A stretch of DNA of 64,000 nt from Harriotta raleighana (GCA_050575255.1 JBNZDD010013653.1:944469-1008468); one strand, 5' to 3'; shown: positions 13,061-25,475, numbered from the stretch's first letter. The notes: generated by a model from the sequence alone, not told the origin. Numbers and translations are program-made.

Positions 13061-13974
13061 ATGAAAAATGTAGGTATTAATGGGTATAATGCAGATGAAA
13101 TATCTTTCTTTAATTTTTATAATAATATTTAATCTTACATTTGATATAACCTAATCAGATTATCAAAACAATTAAAAGTACTTCCACAGGATTCACTGTA
13201 AAATGCAGTGACTGTGTATTTGGAGGTAAACATGACAGCTAATTTGCCTACACCATTATCCACAAGCTGTCATCAGGTGACTGACAAATTTTATCTGCAG
13301 AATATTATCCAGAGAGAGAAACTCTGTTCTCTTTTTATTTTCCTGTCAGTTAAAATAATTTATGTTTGTTCACTTTATTTCTGTTGATTTTCTCATATAG
13401 TAAATAGTGTGTTTGAACAGTTTGAATGCTGAGAAGGCAATTGGAGGAACGAAATTGGAGGAGTTATTGAGCCTGACAACGCAAGGGAGTTGAATTAACA
13501 TACACTAGACATAATTGACATAATTTACTGAAGGACCTTGGGTTAATGATTATTGAGCCTAAACGCTGCGTATCAGTGACTTTTACGCTGATGTACAATC
13601 ATGTGGAAATGGCAGTCCAGGCATTAAGGGTACCTTAGGCAGTATTAATGCCTGTATGCATATTTCAGCGCAGCTTTAACACAAAATAGCTAAAATCTCC
13701 TTGAATTGAATACACAGATTGAGTCAATTACTTTGAGGGGGTGGGGGGAACATCCAACTAATTGAAGCAATACCTTGCAAGCCCTACAAGGCACACTTAA
13801 ATTGGACCTTTTTTTTGTGCTGACAGACTTCTGCCAGCATGATTCAGGGCATTGCGACTGTTTTGTATTGTACTACGGTTGGTGTCTTGTTTAGGATGGA
13901 CATTTTGGACGTGGGAGTAAGTATAAGGTATATCAAGAGGAAATAGCCTGTCTATTGCAACTGGCATAAACTGG

Positions 13975-14478
13975 AAAGTGAGATCTCCTTGGTATTCCGC
14001 GACTCCACGGTGTCATCCCTGGCAATGGAATGTCTTAATTGAGCCATCCCTCTTTGGCGGTCTTGGGAATCTGGTTGTTGAGCGAGATGGATCCACAGTA
14101 TTCAGGATTTTGCTGATCACAATATCTTGTAGATATGACTTGGTGGGACAATATTCACCTCAAGTTAACCCTATAAGTCCAAACTCTATTGGGTAGACTA
14201 GTCCTGGTTGGACAAGCGNAGGATTTTGCTGATCACAATATCTTGTAGATATGACTTGGTGGGACAATAGTCACCTCAAGTTAATCCTATAAATCCAAAC
14301 TCTATTGGGTAGATTAGTCCCGGTTGGACAAGCANTGGCAAACTTGCCAGGCATTGCTGTGAATGGCAAGCTATGAAGCTTTGCTGGTTAAACTCCAGCA
14401 GTACATGAAAACACACTTCGGGAAGCCAAAGTCTTCACTCTCAATAACCTGTGCCGAATATTTCCTGGATTAGATAAT
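13975..14478 (+). repeat. Family X, copy B (3' end lost at an L2 remnant; contains a duplication between two Ns)
   Basis: GGCAATGGAATGTCTTAATTGAGCCATCCCTCTTTGGCGGTCTTGGGAATCTGGTTGTTGA aligns with 36006 GGCAACAGAATGTCAAAATTGAATCAGCCCTCTATGTCTGTCTTGGTAGTCTGGTTCTTCA; AATGGCAAGCTATG..ACTCCAGCA aligns with 18393-18431. Confidence 0.8.
14104..14335. repeat. ~115-bp tandem duplication with single Ns at 14219 and 14335
   Basis: GGATTTTGCTGATCAC..GGTTGGACAAGC is repeated with about 6 substitutions; each copy ends at an N. Confidence 0.85.
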
Positions 14479-14479
14479 A

Positions 14480-14937
14480 GGATGCATTTGAATGCGAGGA
14501 CAAGGATATTTAATTCAATCCACTAAGGCCAGTGGAGTTGATTGAGAATGAGGTGATGGACTCATACTGTTTGGTGTGGCAGAGGACACAACTTGCAGAG
14601 TTCTGGATGATCACCACAGTCCTTGCCAGCTCTACTGGCTCCCTGCCGCAGAGTGCTTGATTTCAAGATCACACACTCACCCTACAAAATAACTTCATCC
14701 TCTAGCGTCATCTCCACATCTCTTACCTCCTCATGCCCCTATTCATCTCCCAGACACATCTCCCTTCTTCCCATTCCCTCTGCTCTAAGATCAGCCTTCG
14801 AGTTTTCAGCCACTGCACTGAACTTCTAGAACGCCCTGCCTCATTCCCTCTGTTTTTCACCCTCTTGTTAAGCACTCAGAGACGCTAACTCGGCTTGGAG
14901 TGAAGGATGCTATATAAATGCAAGATATTGTTGTTGA
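14480..14937. mobile_element. L2 LINE remnants (minus fragment ~14480-14612, plus 3' end ~14612-14937)
   Basis: TGCAGAGTTCTGGATGA (minus-strand IQNSA motif); plus strand CTACTGGCTCCC..TTGATTTCAAGATC; tail TAAGCACTCAGAGACG..GTGAAGGATGCTATATAAATGCAAG..TTGTTGTTG. Confidence 0.7.
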
Positions 14938-15254
14938 TCGGCAGGTTGTGTACAGTAAAACTATTCCAGCTTCACTGGTGGCATTCCATAGGTGAGTAAC
15001 ATACAATCTGAATGTATGGCTGTCAAAGGCACAGGAATTCACTCTGCTGACTACATTGCAAATAGAACGAGACAAATCAGAGCAGTGATATCCAGATCCC
15101 TTCTCCAGTTTATCTTGAAATGGATTTGTTCATACAATAGTACTTCTCTACCGCTATAGCTTCATGTTACTCTGTATGGTAACTGAAGCTGTGCCCAGAA
15201 GGCTGTATCGCCTCTTTGCATGCGTGGCGTTTCAATGATAAACATGCACTTAAA

Positions 15255-15600
15255 GTTACTGAGGTATGACTGAAGGTTCATTTGATATCCAGTGGAATGT
15301 AGTTGTTCTGTGGGGCCCTAGGACACCACATGAACACAATTTCTAACATCCTGTGAATGCAAACAATAACACATTTCATTAGAGCGCTGGAGTGTGAAGC
15401 ATCCATTAGTGCTGTGAAGGTATTAATGGTGCTATGCTTTAAACTGACATGCGGAGTATGACAGGAACTGCAAGGTCTGATGAGAACAGTTGACAAGATA
15501 AGCAAATGGCTTCATTTGCCTGCAGGTCATGTGATGGCTGGATTTCAAACTGGGAAAGGCTAAAACCTTGGAGAGCATCTGTGAACTGGCTGAGTGAACG
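15255..15600 (+). repeat. Tentative diverged repeat 'family Y', copy 1
   Basis: Collinear blocks shared with 38845-39190: CCAGTGGAAT..GG(G/T)(C/G)CCTA(G/A)GA, TGAA(T/C)GC, GAAGC..AGTGCT..AAGG, AAGGT..AGTTGA, GGATTT..GGG(A/C)AAGG..TAAAAC. Confidence 0.5.
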
Positions 15601-16494
15601 AAACACGTCATAGCTAAATTGGGGACAGCAGCAGGTGGAAGTTACTTTACTTAAATAACCGACCCCTGCCCACCTATTCCGAGCAATGAATTACTGTTGG
15701 GCTTTCAGTCGGGGATAATAAGTAAAGAGATGCAACCTCTTTAATAATGCCTCAAGCTGATCTCTCCTAAAACGTAATGTGCCAAACTTCAGGCATGTAT
15801 TAGCTTAACCTGCAGAAGGGTACCAACCTTTCGTTTAAGCAAGGTGGATTCTCCACCTAATACTTCATCCTCAGGGTTTATAATGTGGGATTTATAATGC
15901 ACTATCACATCTAGGAATAAAGTGATTCAGAGCAGAATTCACTTACATTTCTCACCCAAAGCCCCAATGGGCTGAGGAGATCTCTGCAGGAATCTGCTCT
16001 ATGGACAAAGGCAATCATTTCAAAGTCTGCATGAAAAATATTTCACAGGTAGAAAAGTTAAAGCAGTCCTTCACACAGCATTCTTCTCCAACCTGAAGGC
16101 TTTTAAAAGGCATCCTTAGCACTGTATTGTTGGTTGATTTATTTCTCCTATTCTTCGCAAGCATTGCTGGTGTCCTGCATTGTGGTCCTTGGCCCTTTCA
16201 CCTCAGTTTCTCAGTTTAAGAAGCGTTGCTGCTTCACACTCTTGTCTGTCATGATAAATTTCTTGTGCCTCCGGCACTTAGGAGGTTATCAGTCTTTTAC
16301 ATTCTTACAGGAAATATCAGATCCACTGATGCATGTTGGGCAACGCATCCTCTGTATAATTTACACGAAGAAAAATAACTTGCTTTTTTATAGCACCATT
16401 ATCATTGAACAACAATTACAGACATGTTGTAGCGATTGCTTTTGTTTTTTTATACTTAGAACATGTCCATGACAATCCATATCAATCCAATACT

Positions 16495-16726
16495 TATTTG
16501 CTGTGCGCAATTGGCTGCCGTGTTTCACCCACAAAATATAGAGATAGGAGGGGGCAAGTCAGTGATTGGCCTTGAAAGTGAGACTGAGGATCTTGAATAT
16601 CCAATTATAAATATAACAAATATACTATACCTTCAATTCACTTTACAGTATATTCTGTGAAGTATTTTGAGACATTTTGAAGGTGTGATAAGGCACTATA
16701 TGAAATGCAAAGATTATTATTATTAT
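16495..16726 (+). mobile_element. SINE 3' half interrupted by a short insertion
   Basis: TGCTGTGCGCAATTGGCTGCC..CACAAAATATA, then ~90 bp of foreign sequence, then CAATTCACTTTACAGTATATTCTGTGAAG..GCAAAGATTATTATT. Confidence 0.75.
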
Positions 16727-17074
16727 GTATATATTTTATGTCCATTGGATCAGAGGATTGATTTGATTATGAATAATCAGTCCTACAGTCAGTGCTCATT
16801 AAACCAAATAGAAGTACCACTTTCAAAGTCACTACTATCCATTTGTATTGGAAGGGTCCAGATAATGAAGAACTCATCTAACACATGGAGAAGGACGAAT
16901 TGTAGAAGTTCAACTTATGTACCAAAAAGAGTGAACACTGGAGGAGGAAAGCAAAATCAATTGTAAATTAATACAACAGTAACAACAACAACAAAAGATG
17001 ACTGAAGGAGGGACATGATTGAAGGAATACCGATTTGTTACTGTTGTTATTATTATTATTATGCTTTCAATTGT

Positions 17075-17330
17075 ATGAACGTCTGAAGGCAAGACCCACA
17101 AGTGATGAGGAAGTTTTGTTTGCCAAAATGCTGTTGGGAAATACGATAAGCAATTCGCCGAACAAATACCATCACTCAGGGTGTAAGGGGATTTTCAATG
17201 CCCTGTTGCGATGGCTTCAGTCTCGACAATGATAAATGCATTCACCATTTAATTGGGCTCTGTGGAAGTGGTTGTCATTTTGAAGGTCTTGGAAGATCAA
17301 ACATTTGTCGTGGGTTCAGTAGAACCTACT
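17075..17330 (+). repeat. Tentative diverged repeat 'family Z', copy 1
   Basis: 17143-17174 vs 27262-27293: 23/32 ungapped identity, plus collinear flanking blocks TTTGC..CTGTT and GC..TGTTG..GATGG..TCAGTC. Confidence 0.45.
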
Positions 17331-18354
17331 TATTATCCCACACTTTTGCTGTAATCTGCTTATTACCATAACCTTTCAAACCATCAAACCACTTCTTATT
17401 CATTTCAGTCAGTTTTGTAGCATAATGGAGGTCACTATATGTCAGATTTAATTTCTGGGTTACAGCAGCTGACCAGAGCTGGAGTTGAACCTTTGCAATG
17501 TTCTGTGTTGAAGCCAGACATGAATTCGCCAACCTCTTCTGTGGTTTAATCTTTAAGACCCTTTCTGGATCTTGCTTTAATCTGGAAATTGCTCGTGTCT
17601 CATTATTTCTTGCTCATTACCTCCTTGTCTGCATCCTGTTGGCATTGTGCAACCTTCCACTCCTCTCTGTGACTGCTTTGTCTTATACAACCTGAAAACT
17701 GTTCAGCACATTGCAACAGTGGTCAGATGATGTACAAAATGCACATGATGTAGAAACCTTTAGTGACAGGATTAGATTGGAAATATTATTCATTTAAACA
17801 CCCGAATTCTAACAAATGGGGCACTCCCTGTTTTAAAGATTCATTATGTCTGCTTAGGTTTTTGGCTGTTCTTTATTATTAATGTTATTGATTGTAATAA
17901 TATATGTGTTTGATATTAGATTTGTAATAGTGAACCATACCAAAATGCTTCCCAGCTAATTGCTGTCAAATGTAGTAACTGTGTATTTCAGGACATATAG
18001 AGCAGCAAATTTTGCTGCGAAAATATTACTGTTGGCTTGGTGCTGAAGAAAGCATTTTGTGATTGTTTGTGAGAAAGCAATAGTTCGCCTATAAAACACA
18101 CATTGTGTCTTGTGAAGTGCTTTGGGACACTCACAATGTGAACCGTGCTGAACTAAATGTAAGGAGTATTATTATTATTATTTTAATGGTGGTGAAGCAC
18201 AGATGCTGCTATTGCTTTCCTGAGGAGTATCCCCCAATCTCAAGACAACGGCTGGTGTATTTTAATGCAACATTGATGTTGAGAGAGTGGTGTGTAATTA
18301 TTACAATAATATTGTGAAACCAGGGATTTTGCATTAACACAAATGAAGCTTCCA

Positions 18355-18670
18355 TGACAAGCAGCGGGAAAGCTTGCTGTACAGCGATATTAATGGGAAG
18401 CTATGCGGTTTTAGCTGTTTGGACTCCAGCATTACCCCGATGCATACACTCTGGTTCCCAACTCTTGGTTCTTACCAAGTTGTGCCTAATACTTTCTGAA
18501 ATTAGGTCAAACAGGATGTTTCCCTCCAGTGTGCATTCCATGTCAACAATCTATCTCTGGGATTTCCATGTATAGATGGGATGCATGGAATTCTCAGTTT
18601 GGTTTGGACATTCATAAGCATGGTGATAGGTTTCCACATGTGTCAGACACACAGCTGACCCTCACAAAAA
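18355..18670 (+). repeat. Family X, copy D (5'-truncated, intact 3' end)
   Basis: TAAGCATGGTGATAGGTTTCCACATGTGTCAGACACACAGCTGACCC is nearly identical to the reverse complement of 53539-53587 and similar to 36432-36479; followed by ACAAAAA. Confidence 0.9.
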
Positions 18671-18754
18671 GCTTGCAAATTATTGAGGCCTCCTAAAGTT
18701 TCAGTACTGCATGGAACTGAACCATGATGTACTGCAAGGCAATTTGACAGCACT

Positions 18755-19032
18755 GGAAGCATTTCCATAGCCTTAAAAACAGGAGAGTTGGAACTGAGGT
18801 CAAGAAACATTTCTGCACACAAAACGTTGTGAAGATATGGAACAGTCTGCCCCAGAAATGTATAGAGGCAGAATTAATAGGGATATTTAAAAGAGAGATA
18901 GACAACTACTTGGGAAGTAGAAATATTCAGTGGTATGTGATGGGAGAGGACATTGGCTCCAAACAATTTATCAAGATCTAATAAACTAGTGGAACTAACT
19001 TGTCAGACTGAGCGAGCTCCCCTATTCCTGTT
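18755..19032 (+). mobile_element. CR1 LINE 3' fragment, old
   Basis: GAGGTCAAGAAACATTTCTGCACACAAAACGTTGTGAAGATATGGAACAGTCTGCCC (R.HF.TQ.VV..WNSLP) plus 3' UTR remnant. Confidence 0.8.
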
Positions 19033-19162
19033 TCTCTTTATTCCTCAATGCAGCCTACAGTTTTTAGGCTGAGCAGTAAATCCTGCCTCTTCGTAAGTGA
19101 CTTTTGCTAGGTGTGATGGTTAGTTGAATAATAAGATATTTATTTTATTTAAAGATTATACT

Positions 19163-19785
19163 GATTATATTGCAACTGTGTAGGGCTTTGGTGAGACCGC
19201 ACCTAGAATATTGTGTGCAGTTTTGGTCTCCTTATTTAAAAAAGGATATACTTGCCTTAGGGGTGCAACGTAGATTCACAAGGTTAGTTCCTGGGATGCG
19301 GGGACTGACCTATGAGGATAGGTTGAATAAACTAGAGCTGTATTCTCTAGAGTACAGAAGAATTAGGGGAAATCTTATTGAAACATATAAGATTCTTAAA
19401 TAAAATAGACACTGAGGGACTGTTTCATCTGGTAGGAGTGAGGGACTGTTTCCCCTGGTAGAAGAATCTATAACCAGGGGTCACAATCTTAAAATTAAGG
19501 GTCAGCCTTTAAGAACAGAGTTGAGGAAACATTTCTTCACTTAGAGGGTAGTGAATTAATGGAATTCACTATACCAGAAGGATGTGGATGCTCAGTCCTT
19601 GAACATTTTCAAGGCTGAGATTGATAAGATTTTTTTTAGAAATAGAGGGATTAGGGGATATGGAGATAGGGCAGGTAATTAGAGTTAGGTCAGAAGATCA
19701 GCCATGGTCTTATTGAATGGCAGGGCAGGCTCGAAGGGCCGAATGGCCTACTCCTGCTCCTAATTCTTATGTTCTTATGTTCTTA
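19163..19785 (+). mobile_element. CR1 LINE 3' fragment (ORF2 C-terminus, 3' UTR, tail)
   Basis: ORF 19170-19403 LCRALVRPHLEYCVQFWSPYLKKD..QRRFTRLVPGM..RGNLIETYKIL; 3' end GGGCCGAATGGCCTACTCCTGCTCCTAA then (TTCTTATG)n octamer tail. Confidence 0.95.
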
Positions 19786-21436
19786 CACTCAATTCTGCAG
19801 TGTGTTATAGATTTCAGGTATAAACTCTCATGTCTGTTCAGACAGAAAGCACACAACAATCCAGAAACCATCTGCTGGTGGTTCCTGTCAGCTTTATCCT
19901 GTCCCTCCTGAGAAGGTTTCACATTCTGGTCACAAAACAAAATGGCAAGAACGTAACGAACACAAGCAGTGTGCATTAGATGGTCTGAGTTCAACCTGCT
20001 CTCGCAACCTCACAGATGGAAAATCTCTGAACATTGGAGAATGGGCCCATGGAATCCCACCGGATACCCTCTTTAATTCAGTAATGAATTTAACACACAT
20101 CAACTGTTGTGTCCCGGCTCCCGCCCTCCCTCCCTCCCCCTCCTCCCAACAAAAAAAAATCTATTAATTACTAACTATTCCCAACATGTCAGTTGATGTT
20201 AATTCTCCCCCCCATTGCAGGAGGAAAAATGAATAATGTGCTTCTTTACACATGCATGCCATAAGGTTAATCAAGCGCTTCTATTGGGTTCGATTGAATT
20301 GAAATTGCTAAATGCAGTCTGGCTGTTTATGTGGAAGAATGCTACTATCTCCAGCAGTAACATGGTTAGCAAATTTTGTGATCGAATTCCCCAAATTGTG
20401 TCTTAATTACTTAGACAGCTGTGCACTTTACATAACAATGGAGCATTGCCAAGTTTGACATTTCCCTCCAGCTTTTTTTAAGCTATACATTCATATGCAT
20501 GAAAGACCTTCCTCTCTCCCTCCCCGCCCCCCCACCACCCCCCCCCCCACTCCCTTCTTGGCTCCTTCATCACTTGATAGCAAATCATCATTCATTGCTG
20601 CCCAAATTTATGGAAGGACATTGCTCCCTGAGGTGTCGTATCCTTTCAGGTCTGTAACCAAACATGACTGATGGTTCCAGTATAACAGTTGCTTATTACG
20701 GTGTTCACTGAGCTATGATTGCTTCAATACTTTATGTTGGCAGATGTGGTTTTCTCAGAACAACATCCCTGAGACACAGGTCATTGATCAAACCCCTCTG
20801 GCTGTTCCATTATTTGCAAATTATTGCTTAATTGCTAAAAGCTAGGGGCCATCAGAGTGTGGACTTTCTTAGTGACTGGGGGGGAAAATAACCGATAGAT
20901 TTTCTTAGGCTGAACAAACTCAGAAAGTACCTGTGTAACAAAAGAGTCAAATGCCCTCAGAGTCTGTGTCAGAAATCCCTCAATCACCATCAAGGCCATC
21001 TTTCAACTGACACTGTACTGTATGACAGGCTGTACCTCAGGGTTAAAGGGAAGTAAGACAGAACCTAGGTGCAAAGCTCTGTTGTTTCAAGGGGATTTGG
21101 ATTTGCCTGGGTTTTGAACTCACTGGGGTGTAATTTACGGTTCGTCTTAACAGATTTCAGCAATAAGAAGTGTGTAATTCCTGAATATCTGAAACATACA
21201 ACATCTTAAAGAATGCTGATGTTTTAGAAATTTGAACATTATTAATAACTAGGCGTACCTATTGCAACTACAATTGCAACCAATTTCATTTAATTGGCTG
21301 TCTCCCCTTTGCCTGGCATTTTTATTTGTCCTGGAAAGGCTTAATCTTCTTAGGCATCTTCATCCCGTAAGATTAAAATAATGTGCTATTGAACTCGTTA
21401 GCATCTCTTATACACATATTTGCACACATATCCTTT

Positions 21437-21552
21437 GGGAGGACTCGTGTGGGAGGACTCCTGTTAGGAGGACTCAATGGGAGGATTCCAGTTGGGAATG
21501 TCAGTCGGAGGACTCCTGTGGAAGGACTCCTAGTTGGGAGGACTGCTGTTGG
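21437..21552. repeat. Minisatellite, ~8 degenerate 13-15 bp units (GGGAGGACTCCTGTT)
   Basis: Directly visible GGAGGACTC units. Confidence 0.85.
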
Positions 21553-21611
21553 TGTCTCTACATCAATTGGTAAGACAGTCACACAGGCAGATATTTTGTC
21601 TTTTTAATATG

Positions 21612-21835
21612 GATAATCCTTGCATTTGATATAGTCCTGATCACACTATATCAAAGCATCTCAAAGTGCTTCACAGGATATATTGTAAATAGCAACAACA
21701 ACAACAAAATTACATTTGTATAGCGCCTTTCACGTTGGGAGAACATCTCAAGGTGCTGGACTGTGCAAGTTTTGATGGTGTATTTTGTGGGCAAAACGCA
21801 GCAGCCAATTGTACACAGCACTGTCTCACAACCAT
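21612..21835 (-). mobile_element. SINE 3' half with a short L2 3' tail inserted (~21692-21762)
   Basis: ATAATCCTTGCATTTGATATAG..CTTCACAGGATATATTGTAAA, then CAACAACAACAACAAAATTACATTTG..GGTGCTGGAC, then TATTTTGTGGGCAAAACGCAGCAGCCAATTG. Confidence 0.8.
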
Positions 21836-21944
21836 TCAGAATAAATATACATTTCTTATTGAAAAGTCTGTTAAATCTGCTATTTCCACTATTTCTTACT
21901 TACAACATGGTTTAGAATAAAATCACTTAGCAACCAATGCTCGT

Positions 21945-22195
21945 GTACCGTGTCTGCCTGTTGGGGTGGACATTAAAGATCCTATGACACTGTTCAAAAA
22001 GATAAGGGTGCTTCTCTGGCTGTTCTGGCCAACAATCCCCCAAATAAATTGGTCACTCACTCATGGTTGTTTGTGAAACATTATTGTGCCCAACTGGCTG
22101 CTGCATTTCTTAATTCACAAAATACAGTCGATCCATTTCCTGTGAGACATCTCGATAACGTAAAAGGCACTACTGTATATCAATGATCGATTATT
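21945..22195 (+). mobile_element. Deu-domain SINE 3' part
   Basis: TGTCTGCCTGTTGGGGTGGACATTAAAGATCCTATGACACTGTTC..CTGGCCAAC..TTGTGAAACATTATTGTGC. Confidence 0.7.
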
Positions 22196-23065
22196 TTTTA
22201 CATCTTGTCATTGCCATAGTCTAATAAAAAGACCCAATAAGCTCAATGGGTTCAATGGTCTATGGCTGCTCCTATGTTAATAATGAAAGGAAACTTTGTG
22301 CAATGTGATGCAATGTTGTGCTGTCTGGTTTAGAAGCTAAAAGTTGGCAGTTAGACTTTATCTAGAACAGTGCAAATACCTTCTAACCAATTGGCCTTGC
22401 AATACACCTCTGTGACAGAATGAGGCTGCTGTTTAATATACTGCAATACATATCCTACTTTGACAATAAGGGAGGACATAAATAGTTGAATTCCATTAGG
22501 ATAAACCCATTCCAAATTGAAAATAAATCCATCCCTGGTGCAAATAGGACACCAGATTTCTTATGGAAATGCTTCCAGACAGTCAGCTTTGCTTGTTAAG
22601 GATGAGTGAACAGGCTTGCATCAAATTCAGGCCAAATCTGAACTGCTACCAATTCTCCTCGGGCTCAATGACAGGCTAAAGATTTGGCTCAGTTCCAACC
22701 TCTAGTTTGCTTCTGGGAAAACAGATGTGAAACAAATGACACAAAATAAGCATCCACACCTTGCAGAATTTTTATCAAATGTGTACCCAAACCACCAACC
22801 AATGTCTGGAGACTTTGAGATTTTGTTAGCTGGTTCATACTCAACCAGTTTTTATCTCCTTTCTGTTCTTCTCCTTTCCATTTCATTCCAGTGTTCCCAT
22901 CTCCCCTTCTTTCCTCTCTTCACTTCTCCTCTCCAGCTCTCTTCTCTCCAGGCCTCTTCTCTCTTGTTCCATTGAATCCAACTGCTTTTTCCTAGCCCAT
23001 TCCGTAATCTCAGTCAATGCATATCGACAGGTTATTTTTTCACAGCTAAACATGTAATCTATGTA

Positions 23066-23522
23066 CATGGTTAAAAGGATTAAGTTATAAGGAAATGCTG
23101 CGTAAACTTAGATTATATTCCCTTAAATTTAGAAGGATGAAGGGTGATTTAATTGAGTTATTTAAGATGGTAAAGGGATTCAATGGGGTAGATACAGAGA
23201 AGCTATTTCCTCTGTGTGGAATCCAAAACAAGCGGACATAGACTTAAAATTAGAACCAGGCCTTTTAAGAAATAAATCAGAAAGTGTTTTTTCACTCAAA
23301 GGGTGGTGGAAATCCAGAATTAGCTCCCCCAAATGGCCATGCATACTGGATCCATCCAGAATTCAAGGGTGAGGTTAATAGATTTTTTGGTAGGTCAGTT
23401 TACTATGGGGAGAAAGTGTGAAATTGGAATTTAAAGGATTATTTAAGGTACAGATCAGCCATGATCTAATTAAATGGAGGAACAGGCTTGAAGGGCTGAA
23501 TGGCCGACTCCTGTTCCTATGA
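23066..23522 (+). mobile_element. CR1 LINE 3' fragment
   Basis: AGAAGGATGAAGGGTGATTTAATTGAG..TTTTTCACTCAAAGGGTGGTGGA..CAGCCATGATC..GGGCTGAATGGCCGACTCCTGTTCCTATG. Confidence 0.9.
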
Positions 23523-24964
23523 TTTTACATAGTTTGGTTCACCTGGGAGCCCAGATCCATTCTCCTCTTCCTCACCCTTGAGAGCTCATACTTTGTATAT
23601 TATCCTGATTGTTGTCTTGCCTGAAGTCAGCTGCAAGGGCCAGTAAAATGATTCCGGAGTGCAAGTATCAAAATTTAACCATGCAGCGAAATGTGGATAG
23701 TTTTCCAACATTCAAAGCTGAGAAAAAAGACATTTGACAGCTTGGCTTCCCAGCTCAGACTCACTCACTGGGAGAATAGTTATGAGGGGACTGCAGAGAG
23801 CTTCAATTGATTTTATGGTGTGAATGTAACGTCAACTGACTCAATTCGCATCTTCAGCCAATATTTAACTTGTGTAAATCACACTTTTTTTTCAATTTCA
23901 CTGAGCCAACGGATCATGCTTACCATACTCATGATGCTAATTCATCCACGTATTTGAGGACAGAGTGACAGTCAAAGATGCCTGAGGCTGAAGGGACACT
24001 TGATGGGAACTGATGACATATCGACCATATTGATTCTTGTGAAGCAGTCAATAAATACAGCAAAGTCACCTGCACCAATGTAATCTAACCTCCTCAGACA
24101 CCACTGATTGTACTCAGTGCAGTGGAAGAGGAATTATTCCAGATCTTTTCAAATTGACAAGCCTAAATGAATGGGGGCCCAGAGTGCAGGATACCATCAA
24201 GGGTAAAAAAAGAGCATGAGAGATGCTGAGATAAACAAGAAGTGATGATTAGATTCTGTGGCAATCAAACCTAATTTGAACATATTAATTATATATTTTA
24301 TGAGACTTTTATTAAAAAAAATTAAAGAGCAATTTATTTTGAAGGTCAGACAAAGCTTAAAAAAAACCCTCGTAAGTGCAGAGACATAATTTGGAGAAAG
24401 GTTCCTTTCGTACAAAGAGACATAAATGCAATGTGATGGGTGACGTGGTGAGTCTGGCACCTTTAGGAACCTCTGTCAAGTTTTAATTGAACACGGATGG
24501 AGGTAAATGATACTTGGTAATCCAGCGTGAGGAGGAATTAATTAAATGTACTAGTCCGTAATGACCGCTTGAACATTCATTCAAGAAGCTGTTGCTGACC
24601 TGTGTGCTCAAGAAATCAATGAGTGGCAGGAACAACCTGAAAAGGAAGCTCACACTTTATTTCACCTTGTACTAAAAACTGAGACCCGATAATTGAATGT
24701 AACAAAATAAAATTAAAAACATCCTAAGCAGGAACTGACATTTTTATTGCAAAACTGATTAGATTTTCTTTATTATGTATGGATATATTTACCAAACAAG
24801 CCCAGGGAGGGAGCATTGAAGGAACTACAGAGAGAGAGAGAAATAAACAGCTGGAACAAATTATTTGTCCTTTGGATGAGGCAATGAACCATTGTCCCAA
24901 CTGAATGTTCATGTAAACAATAAATATCTAGTGGCACTATTTGCAAAGGAAAAGTGGTTGGATA

Positions 24965-25475
24965 GGACAGGAGGACATTTCAAGGCGCTGGACAGTCAGT
25001 ATTTCAGACCCAAGCTGGGGTCGGGATCAGAGAGGGTGGAGGGAAAGGAGAAGAGGGGGTCGATGAGACCGTCGAAGAGGAGGGTCTTGAGCCGGGAATT
25101 GAAGAAGGCTATGGAGGGAATGATGTGGAGGGATTGTGTGATGGAATTCCAGAGGTTGGGGGCAGAGTGGTTGAAGGCTCGCCCGTTGATGGTGAGGCAG
25201 GTAGATCAGGAAACATAGAGCAGGCGGAGTCCACGGAGTGGAAGGAGTAGTTGGTACGGGGTTAGGAGGTCGCAGAGGTAAAGTGGGGCAAGGCCATGGA
25301 GGATTTTAAAGGTGAAGACCAGAATCTTGAATTTTATTCATAATGCCTTTAGAAAGAGACTAGAAAGTATTTGATCCTTTGGTTGTTGTCTTGAGAAAGG
25401 AATTATTACAATGTAATAAATCATTGTAATTGCAAAAGAGGTCACGGGCTGCAAAGTTCTGGATGATCTGCAGCC
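24965..25475 (-). mobile_element. L2 LINE 3' fragment interrupted at 25340-25430 by a templated inverted insertion
   Basis: Collinear with 45866-46376 apart from ~65-70 bp replaced by foreign sequence. Confidence 0.9.

Noticed and set aside
15575-15616. Hammerhead-like string AGCAT-CTGTGA..CGAAACACGTC-ATAGCT
   Set aside because: The core lacks a base of CUGANGA, stem II is poor, and the aligned position in the 38.8-39.2 kb paralogue does not keep it; probably chance.
21437-21552. CRISPR-like array
   Set aside because: The units are contiguous 13-15-mers without unique spacers in eukaryotic DNA; a minisatellite.
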